Counted from the first letter of the stretch, positions 1 to 36,430 are shown. The stretch: 64,000 bases of DNA from Amoebidium appalachense (GCA_963693365.1 CAVNZM010000001.1:11992161-12056160); one strand, 5' to 3'. Numbers and translations are program-made. The notes: generated by a model from the letters alone, not told the origin.

Positions 1-819
1 AACAGAGAGGGGGAAAGGTGGGGGGAGGGGGGAGTATGTGTGTGTGTGTGTGTGTGTGTGGGCGTGTGTGGGCGTGCATGAGAGAGAGAGGGGGGCGAAG
101 TGAGGGAGGGAGAGAGAGAGAGAGGGAGAGAGGGAGGGAAAGTGAGAGAGGGAGGGAGAGCGAAAGAGATAGGGACAGTGAGAGGTGTCGATGGTGTAGT
201 GGTGGTGGTCGTTTTTTTTTGTTTTTTTTTTTTGGGGGGGGGGGTGGGGGGGGGGAATAGCCTACATCAGAGCGCATGTCTGTTCGTTTGCACATCTCCT
301 AGCTTCACGTTACACAAAATAAGATAGCCCACAAACGAGAGAGGTTGTATGCACACAAACGGTTGCACATACACGGACACACATCCACACACGCATGTGC
401 ACGCACACTCACCAATACAGGTGGATACGCGCGCGCACGCACACACACGGTGTGGCACACACGCACGCCTGCCCATGTCTACCACTCTGTGTGTGCAACA
501 TACATACAGACAGCGCCTAAGTTAAAAGTATGATATCCGGAATATATATGCATCAAATACACAAATATCCACATGCACCACACACGCTCATGTATGCACT
601 CACGCAGGCACACACACACATGCACGCATGCACATATATGCACGCAGACACACATACACACATACACACATCCCCCCCTCCCCCCTTCCCCCGCCTCCCC
701 CCAAGCACATAAACACCCCGCCCATACACGGGCGCTTTCGACGGCGCACACAAACACAGACAGCCACACACATTCCTACACAATCACAAACACACATACA
801 CATGCACACACACAGACAC

Positions 820-853
<34 letters not shown>

Positions 854-1004
854 GTACACGTTAGAGAAAGACAGAGAGAGAAAGCGTGTGTTTGTGCAGG
901 AACGTGTGCGCACCTGTGGGTACGTGTGCGCCTGTGTGGGTACGGATGTGTCTCTCTGTGTGTGTGTCCGTGTATGTGTGTGTGTGTGTCGTGTGTGTTT
1001 GTTT

Positions 1005-1035
<31 letters not shown>

Positions 1036-1231
1036 GGATTGTGTGTGGTGTGTGTGTGTTGATGTGTGTGTACCTGTGTGTATTAGGGGAGGGGGGGGGG
1101 GTGGGGGGGGGGGGGGTGAGGTGGGGGATGCAGGGTTTGATGCCAAGCATCCAGTATCGACATACACCCTGCTCGCCTGCTCCCAAACTTTTTACAAGAC
1201 ACACACACACATGGAGTGTCACCATATTTAC

Positions 1232-1266
1232 CTGCTGTATCTTCTCCGTGTCATAGTCAAGACCAT
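1232..1266 (-). CDS. Possible first exon of an unidentified divergent gene running off the left edge
   Basis: ATG..CAGCAG followed by a GTAAAT donor on the minus strand; 1-1230 has the same intron-type repeat content as the neighbouring genes. No recognisable protein. Confidence 0.2.
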
Positions 1267-1399
1267 CTAAAGTCTCTTCAACACTTTCTTTCGTGAATCA
1301 TACCCTACTAACCAGCGTAAACAACTTCGCAGGAAAGTAAATATCACGTGTGTGATCACCACTATCAACATTTTGCATGGCAACGCACATGTCCAAAAA

Positions 1400-21834
<20,435 letters not shown>

Positions 21835-21885
21835 ATGCTTCGAGTAGGATCGATTTTTGTATAAAGGAATAATATAGGGAGATAG

Positions 21886-21980
<95 letters not shown>

Positions 21981-22224
21981 GGATTCGCACTGTTTATACT
22001 CTCCTAATGGTGGTGGTTGTTGTTGGGAAGGGAACCATTGGCTGTGGGTAATGACACAAGTGTAACCCGATTTGTAGCCTCATCATAAGAAGTTTGATTT
22101 AATTCGAAGGACAGCAAGAGCTCATGATGGTAAAGGTGCCCATACATAATATTATACATGTGCCTACTGCCACAATCGGACATAAAGTTTCTAAAGCACT
22201 GGATCCTGTTCCCTTACCTGTGAT

Positions 22225-22382
22225 GTGGCGCACGACTCTTATGAGTTGAATAAGCTAAGAAGTCTTACACAGAGCCTTTTAACTTTCTGCCAGCAAAATC
22301 AGGTGGCGCACGACTCTTATGAGTTGAATAAACTAAGAAGTCTTACACAGAGCCTTTTAACTTTCTGCCAGCAAAACCAGGT
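22225..22382. repeat. 78-bp tandem duplication (2 copies)
   Basis: GTGGCGCACGACTCTTATGAG at 22225 and 22303. Confidence 0.95.
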
Positions 22383-22910
22383 GCCGGCACCATCTCAATG
22401 ATGCCTGAGATAGCATGTGTATGTGCAGCGTTATAACACTGTCATGATTCGCCCAGCTTTGACGTGGGTTGCTATGTGAGCGTTTCAAAATGTGAATGCA
22501 TGGAAAGGTAATGGTGGGCACAAACTCCCGTCAGACGAGTGGGGGCGCTTGGTTGTGTGAAATACGTTAATAGCGTAATATTGGTAACATGGCCCGATGG
22601 GGGTCTTGTCTTGTCTTCGTAATATAAAGTCTGTGGCCTCTGCTGCAGAGATGTCTAGATCTGGGCACGCATGCAAGGGGCAGTGTTCCCGAACTATAAA
22701 GACATAACGTGTAGACCACTACGAATTCTTGTCGTCAATCACAACCAAGCTCACAGACACGACCGACTTGATATGCCAGAACATGTCACAACTCAGTATA
22801 CAACTGTGGGGAGATCTTGAATCACGTACAACAGGGAATACTGACACAACTGACCCACGGCATGTTTTAAATAGACCTATATATAACTAAGCTGGGAGTC
22901 ATGATAACAG

Positions 22911-22940
22911 CTTCGAAAAGTGGTGGTGTTAAAAAACACC
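22911..22940 (-). promoter_or_regulatory. Histone mRNA 3' stem-loop and conserved downstream element (H2B)
   Basis: Minus strand reads GGTGTT-TTTT-AACACC ACCAC TTTTCGAAG: a 6-bp stem, 4-nt loop and ACCA tail, 42 nt after the stop codon. Confidence 0.9.
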
Positions 22941-22982
22941 TATGTTTGTCGGCGGCAGCTACATTAATTTCGCAACTGATGC

Positions 22983-23360
22983 TTACTTGTTGGAGGTATA
23001 CTTGGTAACGGCCTTGGTGCCCTCGGACACAGCGTGCTTGGCAAGCTCACCGGGAAGAAGCAGACGCACGGCCGTCTGGATCTCGCGGGAGGAGATGGTG
23101 GATTTCTTGTTGTAAAGGGCGAGCTTGGAGGCCTCACCAGCAACACGCTCGAAGATGTCGTTCACGAATGAGTTCATGATAGACATGGCCTTGGAAGAGA
23201 TGCCGGTGTCGGGGTGCACCTGCTTGAGCACCTTGTAGATGTACACGCTGTAGCTCTCCTTTCTCTTCTTCTTCTTCTTCTTATCGCCCTTCTTGGCGGC
23301 GGCGGCGGCTCCGCCCTCGCCAGCCTTCTTTTCGGCTTTCTTTCCACCCTTGGGAGGCAT
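22983..23360 (-). CDS. H2B: Histone H2B, intronless
   Basis: [40 protein letters not shown]...[17 protein letters not shown]. Confidence 0.99.
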   Translation of the reverse strand: MPPKGGKKAEKKAGEGGAAAAAKKGDKKKKKKRKESYSVYIYKVLKQVHPDTGISSKAMSIMNSFVNDIFERVAGEASKLALYNKKSTISSREIQTAVRLLLPGELAKHAVSEGTKAVTKYTSNK

Positions 23361-23663
23361 ATTGGTGACCTTTTTTCGGTTGAACGAACAACTGAAACTG
23401 TCAACGAAAACGGACCATAATTATATACAAATTAGATGCGGATCGGTTGTACGCTGAAAGCGAATCAAAGCGCGACGTCTGGAGCCAATCATATCACGAA
23501 TCTGGAAATGCAGACGGGGGTAAATTTGTTTTGGCCCTCGAAATTCATTTCCTGCAATCTTCAAAAACTGTCATTTTGCCCCCGTTTTGGCGCCACAAAT
23601 CTGATTGGCTTCTCTTTCGCAGTCAACCAAACAATTTACGTTCAACGGTTCTTCGAAAAAAAA
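23361..23663. promoter_or_regulatory. Bidirectional histone promoter (H2B / H3 remnant)
   Basis: TATA-like GTATATAA on the minus strand at ~23421-23428, CCAAT boxes at ~23485 (+) and ~23604 (-), and a GGGGTAAATTT..TGGCC motif at 23517-23536 that is shared with the H4/H2A promoter. Confidence 0.7.
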
Positions 23664-23681
23664 ATTGCCCGCACAAAGCAG
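23664..23681 (+). pseudogene. H3: Histone H3 5' remnant (ATT-GCC-CGC-ACA-AAG-CAG = I/M-A-R-T-K-Q)
   Basis: ARTKQ codons sit where a divergent partner of H2B would start. The leader has the CGTTCA motif seen in the H2B, H4 and H2A 5' UTRs. The start codon is ATT and homology stops after Q5. Confidence 0.65.
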
Positions 23682-23693
23682 TTATGGTATAGG

Positions 23694-23953
23694 TGTCATA
23701 GAATATAGCAGTCGCTGTCCCCCAGCGGCAATGCCTTTTGGCCGATCTGGGTACGCGCTTGGTTATGGACCTATTGCACCCATGTTCGAGCCTCTCGCTG
23801 GGGACTTGTAGGCAGTCTGCTCGGGCTGACCTATAATTATGTCCGGCTAGTCTACCATGACGTAGACGCCAGACTTGCTATACAAGAGTTATGTCCGGCT
23901 AGTCTATCATGACGTAGACGCCAGACTTGCTATACAAGAGATGGTGGAGGTGC
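23694..23953 (+). mobile_element. Possible LTR-retrotransposon 5' LTR with tRNA-Ala primer-binding site, truncated
   Basis: TGTCA start at 23694, TATACA end at ~23936, then TGGTGGAGGTGC (23942-23953), complementary to a tRNA-Ala 3' end (GCACCTCCACCA). No gag/pol or second LTR seen. Confidence 0.4.
23837..23940. repeat. 52-bp tandem duplication (2 copies)
   Basis: TTATGTCCGGCTAGTCTA..TATACAAGAG at 23837 and 23889. Confidence 0.95.
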
Positions 23954-24899
23954 GAGCCGCGGGTTTTACGATCCCGTGACCGATGCACTATCGACCCGAG
24001 GTCACTGGCCGAAGCGTAGACAGCGTGTGGTTGGCTCGATGTCTGCAGGACCATTTACCCGCGGTTCGAGCTAACTGACACGACCCGGAGACTTTGGAAC
24101 CAATGCACTCATGGGCACAATTTCACAGTAAATAGGTTAATAAATGTTGTATTTATTACGAATTCTAAGCTAAATTTTTACTGGAAAACAGCACTAGATA
24201 GGTCATAAGAAGTTTTGTTGGATTCCCGTGATACATGACCGGTGACTCCTACCATCTCTGCGCTACTCGGGCCACGAAAGAGGCCCGTGATGTGCCAGCT
24301 TAGCAGTGCACCTGGCCTGTATGAACTTCCTCACCATAATTGGACTATGCTTCCTCAATAGAACTGAGCAGTATTTGTCCAGTGAACTTTATGTTAGTGA
24401 ATGCATGAGAAATGCAAAATATTTGTGTAAAAAACAGTTTTATGGATATTTTTTAATGTTATAGTCCTTTTGTTCATCGGGCTACAAGAGTCGATGTCGT
24501 TTTTCATGAGCCACATTCGGCGCGTTGACTTGGTCCTTGGCTTATTGGAATAAAGGGTGTGGGGGAGGGGAGGGGGAATGGAGGCAGGGGAGGGGAAGGG
24601 GGGGGGGGGGGGGGAGGTTAGAATGTGTTACAGAATACGAAGCACACATTCATATCGAGACAACACAACACATTGTAGGCTTGCAGAGAACACATAAAAA
24701 GTATGCATCGTTAGAAGACCTCATCCTCCCGGCGGAGGGGGGGACGGGGGGGGGGGGGGGGGAGGGGGTTATGAATGGATTACACAGAATTAGGTGCAAA
24801 AATCTGTGGTGGACCCCCCCCCCCCCCCCCCCCCCCCCGGCTCCCACCTGTGACTACCAACATCAGGTTAAATGCAAATCCCTTGTCTATTTAGAAACT

Positions 24900-26085
<1,186 letters not shown>

Positions 26086-26595
26086 AGCAAAACACAATCC
26101 CAAAAACACGGAAAGCCACGGCAACGGAGCGGATAGGCATGAGTGTTGTAAAGAGGAGGCAACATGATGCGAGCGTGTGCAAGTATGTGCTGGGGAACCA
26201 GATGGAAAAGGAATACGGAAGGAGAGGGAGGTAGAGAAGAGGTGTGGTGGCGGTGGTGGTACGGCAGTGATGCTTGGGTGGGTGGGCTGAAAATGTTGAA
26301 CACACACAAGCAAGGGCAGGATGGGATGCAGAGGCAGAGTGGTTGTAAAAGGGAACAACCCCCATCAACTATACTTGAAGGATGAAAGAGTAGAGTTCCA
26401 TAATTTAACACTGTGTGCCCTTCCCAGGCTGTAGACTTTGCGGCAAGAGCAGAAGGTGTTAAATACGCAACATGAGGAGGGTTTTCATGCAGCACTAAGT
26501 GGAGGTGGTGTTAGTGGTGGCGGTGGGTGGGTGGGTGGGTGGGTGGGTGGATGGGTGGGTGGGTGGGTGGGGGGGTTTGAAGGGGGGGGGGGGGG

Positions 26596-26631
<36 letters not shown>

Positions 26632-27635
26632 CTTTGCTGTTGTCGGCCGGCTCAATGAATCGGTGCTGACTACGTGAGGCCATTGTACGTTGTGACAACG
26701 GGGTGTAAGGGAATTGCAGTATATACAAGTGAAAAAGACCGTTTCAAAGAAACGATGTTACACAGAAAAGAGAATTCGCACCAAGAGCGGAAGGGCGCAT
26801 TCTCTTAAACCCGATAAAACAACGGATGCTCGCACAAAGCCGGCCAAGCCGCCTCACCTTGCGAAACAAAACAACTCAAACTCGCCTTTTACGTAACTGC
26901 GAGGAAAAACAATCAAGGCTATGTATACTATTGGATGGAGGTCAGAAGACACGTGCAACTCAAGAAAGAGGCAAGTTCTACCTTCACCGAAATCCTTGCT
27001 ATTCCAGATCTACTGAGATAAACGATATATATAGAAGGACGGACGGAAAAGGGCATGCGAAGGCTAAAAAGACGTCCTAAAATGTACCTATATATTAGGT
27101 GCGCGAAACACGTACAGTGTAAATAAATGTAATTGAAGATGGCTGAAACATGGCCATGGAACAAAAGATACGATGAGAAGAGCAAACTTTCGTAGGGGGA
27201 GTCTTCAAGCACGCAACTCATATAGGCATACTTTTGGACTAGTGGCTCAGTGGCTCACAACGTCATTGCTGTAAGACTATTACAAGGGAGAGCGAGACAA
27301 AGCGCTTTCCAAGGCCGTTAGAGTAGGGGGTCTTGCACAAAGCTTGGGCCGCCTAATAACTCACCGGTGGGTAGTATTTAGGAGGACTTGGTGAGCTATT
27401 TAGGAGCTCGGGGCCTTACGAGAGACACAGAGGGGGAAGGGAGACAGCGAGAGGGAGGCAGAGAGAGAGAGAAAGAGACAGAGCGAAAGTGTGAGAGTGT
27501 GAGAGAGAAAGGGGGGGGGGGGGGGGAGGGAGGGGGGGAGAGGGAGAGCCTGGAGAGGGGGGAGAAAGGGAGGGAGGGAGGGAGGGAGGGAGGCACGGAG
27601 GAAGAGAGGGAGGGAGGGAGAGAGGGGGGGGGGGG

Positions 27636-27735
<100 letters not shown>

Positions 27736-28665
27736 GTATTTGAAAGCCAGCTAAGCATGCAAGAAACAACCTATGATACAAGAATAGCAAACCTGTTTAG
27801 GTCGTGGAAGAAATCATAATGTCAATTGTTTACGCCGTTACCACGCATCATCGGTAAACCTTTCTTTGGTTGGCATCAAGATGTGCAGTACCGTTTTCTG
27901 GGTTCACACGAGTTTTTTGCCACACTACTTTTAGAGACGACCTTGGTGCATGTCTCGGTCACTGCTTCACCGTGCAAGTAATCAGAACAGAACCTTATAA
28001 GGTCGGCTGAGCTTAGTAATGCGTACCCCGCAGGGATGATGAAGAGGAATTAGGGGAGAAAATTAAAAAGGACGGAAGGAGGCAGCAAAACGGCGGGGAG
28101 GGCAGGGGCTTTTTTGTGAACTTTCACTGTGGTTGATCATGAAACTGCCTGTGAGGAAGGGGGGGAGGGGGGGGGGGGGGGGGGGGAGAAAGGAGAGATG
28201 GGGAGGGGAAGGGAGGGATGCGTTTAGAGAAGATCATGAAGGTAAGGCAACTTCTATCCCAACATAAATGTACATAGAAGTAGGGTCCTTATTGGTCAAC
28301 TTCGACGTCCACTTGAACGGACAGAACTCCTTATTAAGTCCGGCAGCACCTGTGTAGCCTTTAACCACTTCGTTAAAAGGGAAAAAATACATAAGCATGG
28401 AGGCAGCCAGTTTCATATGGAAAAAGGGTAACTAACTTCTAACAACTATTAGTGCTCAAGGTTTAGGCCTGCAGCACAGGAAAGAATTCGCCGACCGGTC
28501 TTCACGTTCCTGAACTGCCCATGTGCACGAGCAACTACAGTGTTATTGGAGCAAAACATGGAAGTCGACGGTTCGCCCCTTTTCTCCCTTATATATGAAG
28601 ATCTTGCTATGCTCGCAAGCACGGTTGATTCAACAGCACCAAAAAATACAGGAGGAACGACAAAA

Positions 28666-28697
28666 CCTTTGAGAAGGGGGTGGTGTTCAGAAACACC
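28666..28697 (-). promoter_or_regulatory. Histone mRNA 3' stem-loop and downstream element (H4)
   Basis: Minus strand reads GGTGTT-TCTG-AACACC ACCCCC TTCTCAAAGG. Confidence 0.85.
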
Positions 28698-28745
28698 AGC
28701 AGAGAGCCCTTCACGCAAAAAACCGGCCTGTGTGTTAAAAGCGGC

Positions 28746-29713
<968 letters not shown>

Positions 29714-29779
29714 ATGTGCAAACGGAGGGGGCGTGGGTGAAAGGGGTGTTCCCCCGCGCTGCTTTTGTAGCAGAATAAT

Positions 29780-29810
29780 GGTGTTTTTAAACACCACCAC
29801 TTCTCAAAGA
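29780..29810 (+). promoter_or_regulatory. Histone mRNA 3' stem-loop and downstream element (H2A)
   Basis: GGTGTT-TTTA-AACACC ACCAC TTCTCAAAGA. Confidence 0.9.
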
Positions 29811-30185
29811 TTTTTTCATCTAATACAGCTTTCAGTGCTTGTGCTCTTGCTTTGTTTACACGTATGCCGTTGTTTTCCCCCCTAATATATGTCCCCTGCC
29901 GTGTTAGTTTTATCATAAAAAACTTCTGTTTGAAAGTCATCTCGTACAACGTCTTCTGTTTTTTCCTGAATTCAACGCTCTTTTGAAGTCTCTGTTGCCA
30001 GACTCGGGTCTTGGTGGCCACAAAATAGCCATAAATGGCTATCCATAAATAATTGACCAATCTCAGCCGAACTTGAGTTTTCATAACGGTCAACACCAAC
30101 AACTTTGAGTTCACATGTGTGTCCTACGGTTTTTTTTTTCTTCTTTTGAACGTGCCTTGCGCGCATAACTAGATTTCAACCGACT

Positions 30186-30489
30186 ATGTCTCCTTCTCTG
30201 CACGAATTTTTGGCCGAAGTGAAAGGTCATGCTGCTTCACTTACCTCCAAAAATGAAGCCACAAGGTAGATGTGTTACCCCTGCACCGAACATGTGTTAC
30301 TTGCAAAATGATTGAGAGACATGGGCAGGGGGGGAGCCCGTGTGGATCGTTGAGACGAACAGACTATTTGGCTCAAGAATCAAGTTTTCTGGCGACGGGA
30401 ATTAGGAAAGATGTGGGTACACCCAGCCAACTCTCTTACTGCTTAGTAACGAAGTAACGCACACTCACCGCAAAAACACACACACACTC

Positions 30490-30528
<39 letters not shown>

Positions 30529-31463
30529 TCTCTTACCCTCCCTTTTCATACATGTGTGCACCCACACAGCAGGCCGGTCCACGTTGTGTTTGGAAATGAG
30601 GCGGCCGACCTCGATTCTGTGTCGTGTGCCCTGGCCCTTGCCTTTGCCCGCCACTACGCAGACACACAGGTAAGGAAAAGAGAAGGTCGCATCCATGTGG
30701 CATAGTGTGCAACCCCTGATCTCTTCTGCATCCGGAAGAAGCTCAAGAATAGCTGTGTGGTAGGCAGGCAGGGGGGAGCCCTCACCGGCTGCAATATCAT
30801 GACATATCACCTAGATTAGATCTCGTGCTGCACGGCAATGGATACGATACTGCAAAGATGATAGTAAGCATGACTAATACGAGGCACGGGATGGGGGTGG
30901 GGTTCGAGATAAAGGTTTTTTTGGGGGGGTTGGGGGGGGGGGGGAGGGGGGGGGGGGGGGGGGGGGAGTCTCTCTCAGTATTCTCTTCTTATTTGGCATT
31001 TGGCCACATTGCCGTATTTTGCTTCTTTTTGTGAGTATCCAGAGATGTCGGTTCACGCTAACTCAGAGACATGGCTCCTTGTGCTTATGCAGGGCACAAC
31101 CAACACCGTCTACCTGCCAGTGATCAACATACCACGAAGGGAGCTCTATCTCCGAAAGGACATAGAATGGTTGTTGAAAAAACTGAGCATTGATGTTGGT
31201 ATGTCCCCCTCCCCCCCCACCTTCACCCCCCCCCCCCCCCCCCACCACCACCACCACCACCACCTCCTCCTCCTCCCCCCGCACCGCCTCCTCTTGTCCA
31301 CGCAAATTAAAACAAACAGACTGCGCATATACATAGCTCAGAATGTGCAGGCCAGCACACCTACCAGTGCACACGGTGTTTGCCCTCCGTAATTGAATCT
31401 GGGCCTTTCCAACTAGCCAACCAGCGGTTACCTGAAATCATGACTTGGCTTTTTTTTTTTTTT

Positions 31464-31494
<31 letters not shown>

Positions 31495-33460
31495 GGGGGG
31501 AGGATGAAGGACAGGGTTTCTGAGGTGGAATTATACAAACCCCCCTCCCCCCCCCCAACCCTCCCCTCCGGGCTATTCCTTGTCCCCCAAAGGTTCTCTC
31601 ACCGCCTTCCCCCCTCCCCCCTCTCCCTGCCCCCCTTTCCTCCCCCCCTCCCCCCCCCCCTCCCCTCCTCCACCACCCTCCCTCCCTCCCCCCTTGGGGG
31701 CAATCATCCCACACTCTCTGCTCCGCCCCGGCTCCTTCCACTTCGATGGTCCACCCACCATTTCCTCTCCCTCCTTCGACACTTCCTTCTTAACTCAACA
31801 GCTGCCCTTATGCTTAGGCCTATGTCGGCATTTTCTCCGGGTTTCCTTTATATAGCAATGGTGCATTTTCAGAAAAAGGGATAACCCGTAGTATATGGGC
31901 AAAGCCAATCATACACTTGGACTTCAATATGCCATAGAGTATAGACCCATATATGTATGCAAATCCAATCACGTATTCTGACGTCAATATGACGTAGAAA
32001 ATGACCTAAAATCCATGTGGCTGTTTGCAGGGCAGTTGGTGTTTGCCGACGAGGTGGACTGGAATGGCCTCAGAGAGGGACAGCTGCAGGTCACTATGGT
32101 GGACCATAACCTGCTAAGCCCCATGCAGGAGGTGGGTACTGTTTGCATGATGCACACAGTACTTCTTGCACAATGCACATGGTACTGTTTGCATGATGCA
32201 CACCGTACTGTTTCCACACTGCATATGGTACTGTTTGCACACTGCACACAGTACTGTTTGCACACTGCATATGGTACTGTTTGCACACTGGTATGGTACT
32301 GTGTGTATGATGCACACAGTACTGTTTGGTGAGGCGGGAAGGGGGGGGAGAGGGGAAGGGCGGGGGAGAAAGGTGAGGGGGAGGGAGGGGAGGGGAGAGG
32401 GAAGGGCCGGGGGAGGGGGGGGTAAGGGGGGGAGCGGGGGGGACAGGGGTTAAAGCGTGGAAATTACACTGTGGGGTAACCTTCATGAACACAAAATTCA
32501 GCGATGCTGTTGATTGTTCTTCCTCATTGCACCTTGCCTCCCCCCCCCCCCCCCTCCCCCCCCCCCCCCCCCCCCCGGCCTCCCGTCTCTCCTTTGGCCC
32601 CCTCCCATCCCTTCCCCCGGGGGGGGGGGGGGGGGGGGAGGGGGGGGGGGGGGGGGGGGGGGGGAGGGCTACCCCATAATGTAATTTCGTCCCTCTTGGA
32701 CACGGTTGCCGTAGTTGTGGTGGCCTAGGTGGGCTGGGTGATTGTGTGCTGGGGAGAAAGCGTTTTTTTCTGAACTGAACGTTTTCACCCACAGTGTTTG
32801 GCAGACCACGTACATGAAATCATCGACCACCATCACGTAAAACCCCCCTCCCCCCCCCCCCCCCTGGATGGGCTCTGCTTATGTTGCATACTGCGCACTT
32901 TGCTGGTGTTGCATACTTGAATGTTTGCTTTTGCCTGTGTTCTGCATTCAAAGTACACAAAGTGTTTCTCATCGTATACTTGCACTTCGTGCCATGTTAC
33001 GAGTTATACCCCCCCCCCCCCCCCCCCCCCCTTTTCTCCCTGCCTCCCACCACCCGTCTGCCTCTTCATGACGTGTCTTTTTCTACGGTGTGATGCTGCG
33101 TAATGCACATGCCCCTCACCCCCCCCCCCCCCACCCCCCCCCCCCCCTCCCCCCCCCCCCCCACACACACACACCACCACCACCACCACCATACACACCA
33201 CACACAACACACTCACCCTCCCGGCTTCTCTCATGCAACCCAAACACCTTTTCCCCGAATTTGACATTTCTAGAAAATTGAAGTGGTGGAGAACGTGCAA
33301 TTAGGACGAGACACTGATAAGTCAAAGGCCGTGTAGTCTAACTTCATTGGGATTTGCAGTCATTCCCCTTACTAGTGGGACCCTTTTATGAAATATTCAC
33401 ACCATATACAATACATAACTCAATCGGACTTTCCTCGATTCACTTTTTAAGCACATACAC

Positions 33461-33521
<61 letters not shown>

Positions 33522-33677
33522 CCCCCCCCCCCCCCCCCCCCCCCCCCCTCTCTCTCTCTCTCTCTTTTCTCTCTCGTTTCTCCCTCCCTCCCTCCCTCCC
33601 CCCTCTCTTGCTCACGCGCTGTCTGCCTCTCTCTCTGACTCCGTCTTTCTCCTCTCGTCTCTCTCTTTCTCTATCGC

Positions 33678-33721
<44 letters not shown>

Positions 33722-34580
33722 AACACACACACGTGTACACACACACGTGTACACAAACAGGACGAAGATTTCTACCCTGGGGCCAAGCGAACAATTGAAA
33801 AAGTTGCCTCCTGTGCTACCCTAGTGGCCAATGAACTATTGCGGGTTTGTATTTTCTGTGATCTCATCGATCATAATCGACTTTTCTTGCTCACACAAAG
33901 CCCTTTAGGCTCTTGGGCAGGCCTACGCCCGCACACACCTGTTCACCCTCCCCCCCCCCCCCCCCTCTCCCCGGGATCATACATACACACATTTGCGCGA
34001 CACACACACACACATTCCCAGGCACATATGCAGACACACATACGCATATGCATACGCGTGTGCGTTAGTGCGCTTTCACACAATGCACACACATTCACAC
34101 GCGTGCACACAAACTCGCAGGTGCACACACACGGACACAGGTGTGTTCACACACAGGGTTGAGGGGGGGGGGGGGAGGAAAGAGAGTGGGAGGTTGAACG
34201 GGAGCACAAGAGCCACAACGCGAGAAAAAGAGAGGGAGAGAGGGGGAGGGAGAGGGAAAGATGGGGAAGGGAGAATCGTTGAGACAGACCATATGCTTTT
34301 GCTAACACATACATATACACACAAACATACACCCATGCACATACACATGAAGCAACGAAGAGACATGTAACATCTTTCACTTATTTCAGGCGTTAAATTG
34401 CACATGCAATGCTGAGACCTTAGCATGATTGCGCAACTGAAATTAAAACTAAAATTAGCACTTGTCCCTATTTATAGACACCAGCCAGTGAAGACTTGAC
34501 CATTTCTGAGCTGCTGCTGTGCGCCATCCTTATCGACAGCAACAATCTGAATTGGGCCAAGGGGAGGTGTGTGTGTGTGT

Positions 34581-34628
<48 letters not shown>

Positions 34629-34658
34629 CGTATGTGTGGGTGTGTAGTGGTGGGGGTG

Positions 34659-34720
<62 letters not shown>

Positions 34721-36372
34721 TCTGGGGGGATAGGGGGAGGGGGGCGGGAGGGGAGAACAAGAGTGGTACGGATGGTAAGTTGGAGGGTTTGAGGGGAGAA
34801 GGGGGTGAGGGTGGGGGGGGGGGGGGGGGGGGAGGTGGTTGGGGGGGGGGGGGGGGGGGGGGGCACACTCCGCTTTAAACAATTCTAACAAGTGCATGTG
34901 ATTGGTCGGCAGGGTAACCCAGTCTGATGTCGAAACAGCAAGGGTCCTGATGGCCAAGCTACCCGACCTGAACACAAAGAAGCGCCACAAGAGTACGCAT
35001 TCCCCCCCACCCCACCCCCCACCCACCCACCCATCCATCCGCACTTTCTCTATCCCATTATCCATCCCACCCCTTCCCGCATTCCCATCCCTCCCCTCCC
35101 TTCCCTTCGCCCTTCACTCCCTCTCCCCCCGTGAGGATAGGCTCTGCTTATCATGCATACTGTTGATGTGTGGCTTGCACTCTGCATTGTGTGTCCTTTA
35201 TGACGGTGTACTTTGTAATCTATAACACACACTCAACACCCGCCCCCCCCCCCCCCCCCCCCCCTCTCCCCCCCAAGCACTCCCCGCACACGTCGACAGT
35301 CACCAACAGTTTCACAGCCAGGCCACTTCACTCCTTATCTCCGTCTCCGTTCTTTCCAGTACTCTCTCCTCCATCGCTCCTACCCACTCCCTTGCTCCCC
35401 ATCCCCCCCCCCCCTCCCCCCCCCCCCCCCCCCCATCCCCTCCGTGTTACGGATGTTGCATACTTCAATGTTTGCTTTTGCATGAGTCTTGCACAGTGTT
35501 TCTCATCGTGTAGTTGAACTTTGTACCGTGTTTCTCTCATTCTTAACACCCCTCCTCCCCTCCCCCCCCCCCCCCCCCCCCCCAGCCTCCTCTCTCCCCC
35601 CCCCCCTCCCCTCCCCCCCTTCTCGCCTCCTCCCCTTCCATCCCGCACATCCCCCCCTCCCCCCCCCCCCCTCCCCCGGAGCCCCCGCCCGTTGCTCCAA
35701 TGACGGTTAGAAGAATTTGTAAAGCTAAGTGGGGCAAATTTGCTTATACATCTATGTTTTCTGCTTTCTTTAACGTTTTTGGCCACCCCCAGGGCTCAAG
35801 AAGTTAAAGACGGACCTTGAAGGGCTGACTGTGGATGAGTTGGTGCGCAGAGACTACAAGCAGATATCCTCCCCGGTCAGCATGGGTTTCAGGTATTTTT
35901 ACCCTCCTCTACCCACCTCCCCTCAGACCTCAGAGTCCCGGCCCATCACACACGGGGGGGGGGGGGGGGGGGGGGGGATCCACATACACAAACACGGTTG
36001 CACGTGCTCCGTTACACAAACAAGCATCACTTCCCCGCTGTGTGTTCGTTTTTTCATACCGATTATATGCTCTGCACCCTGAATTTTCGTTTGGGTATGT
36101 TTGGTGCTGTGTCCTGCATTCTCAAATCCCCCCCCCCTTCTCCCTCCCTTCCCTCGGCTTTCTCCCGTTTTCAATATTTTTCATTCTTTTCCCCTCCTTT
36201 TTTTTTTGTGGGGGGGGGGGGGGGGGGGGGGGATGAGAAGAAGGGCATAGGTTTTTTCCGTTCCTAACCTGTTTTCCGTTCTCCCTAACTCCACCTACGA
36301 TTACTTTAATGTGTGAATACACACGTACACAACCGCACGCACGCACGCACACGCACGCGCGCGCGCACAAAC

Positions 36373-36430
<58 letters not shown>

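Noticed and set aside
26827-26850. Second ARTK-like peptide (DARTKPAKP), and ATKEAR at ~24271, as H3 remainder
   Set aside because: Too short, with no continuing H3 homology.
27240-27330. tRNA A-box-like TGGCTCAGTGG
   Set aside because: No B-box or cloverleaf follows.
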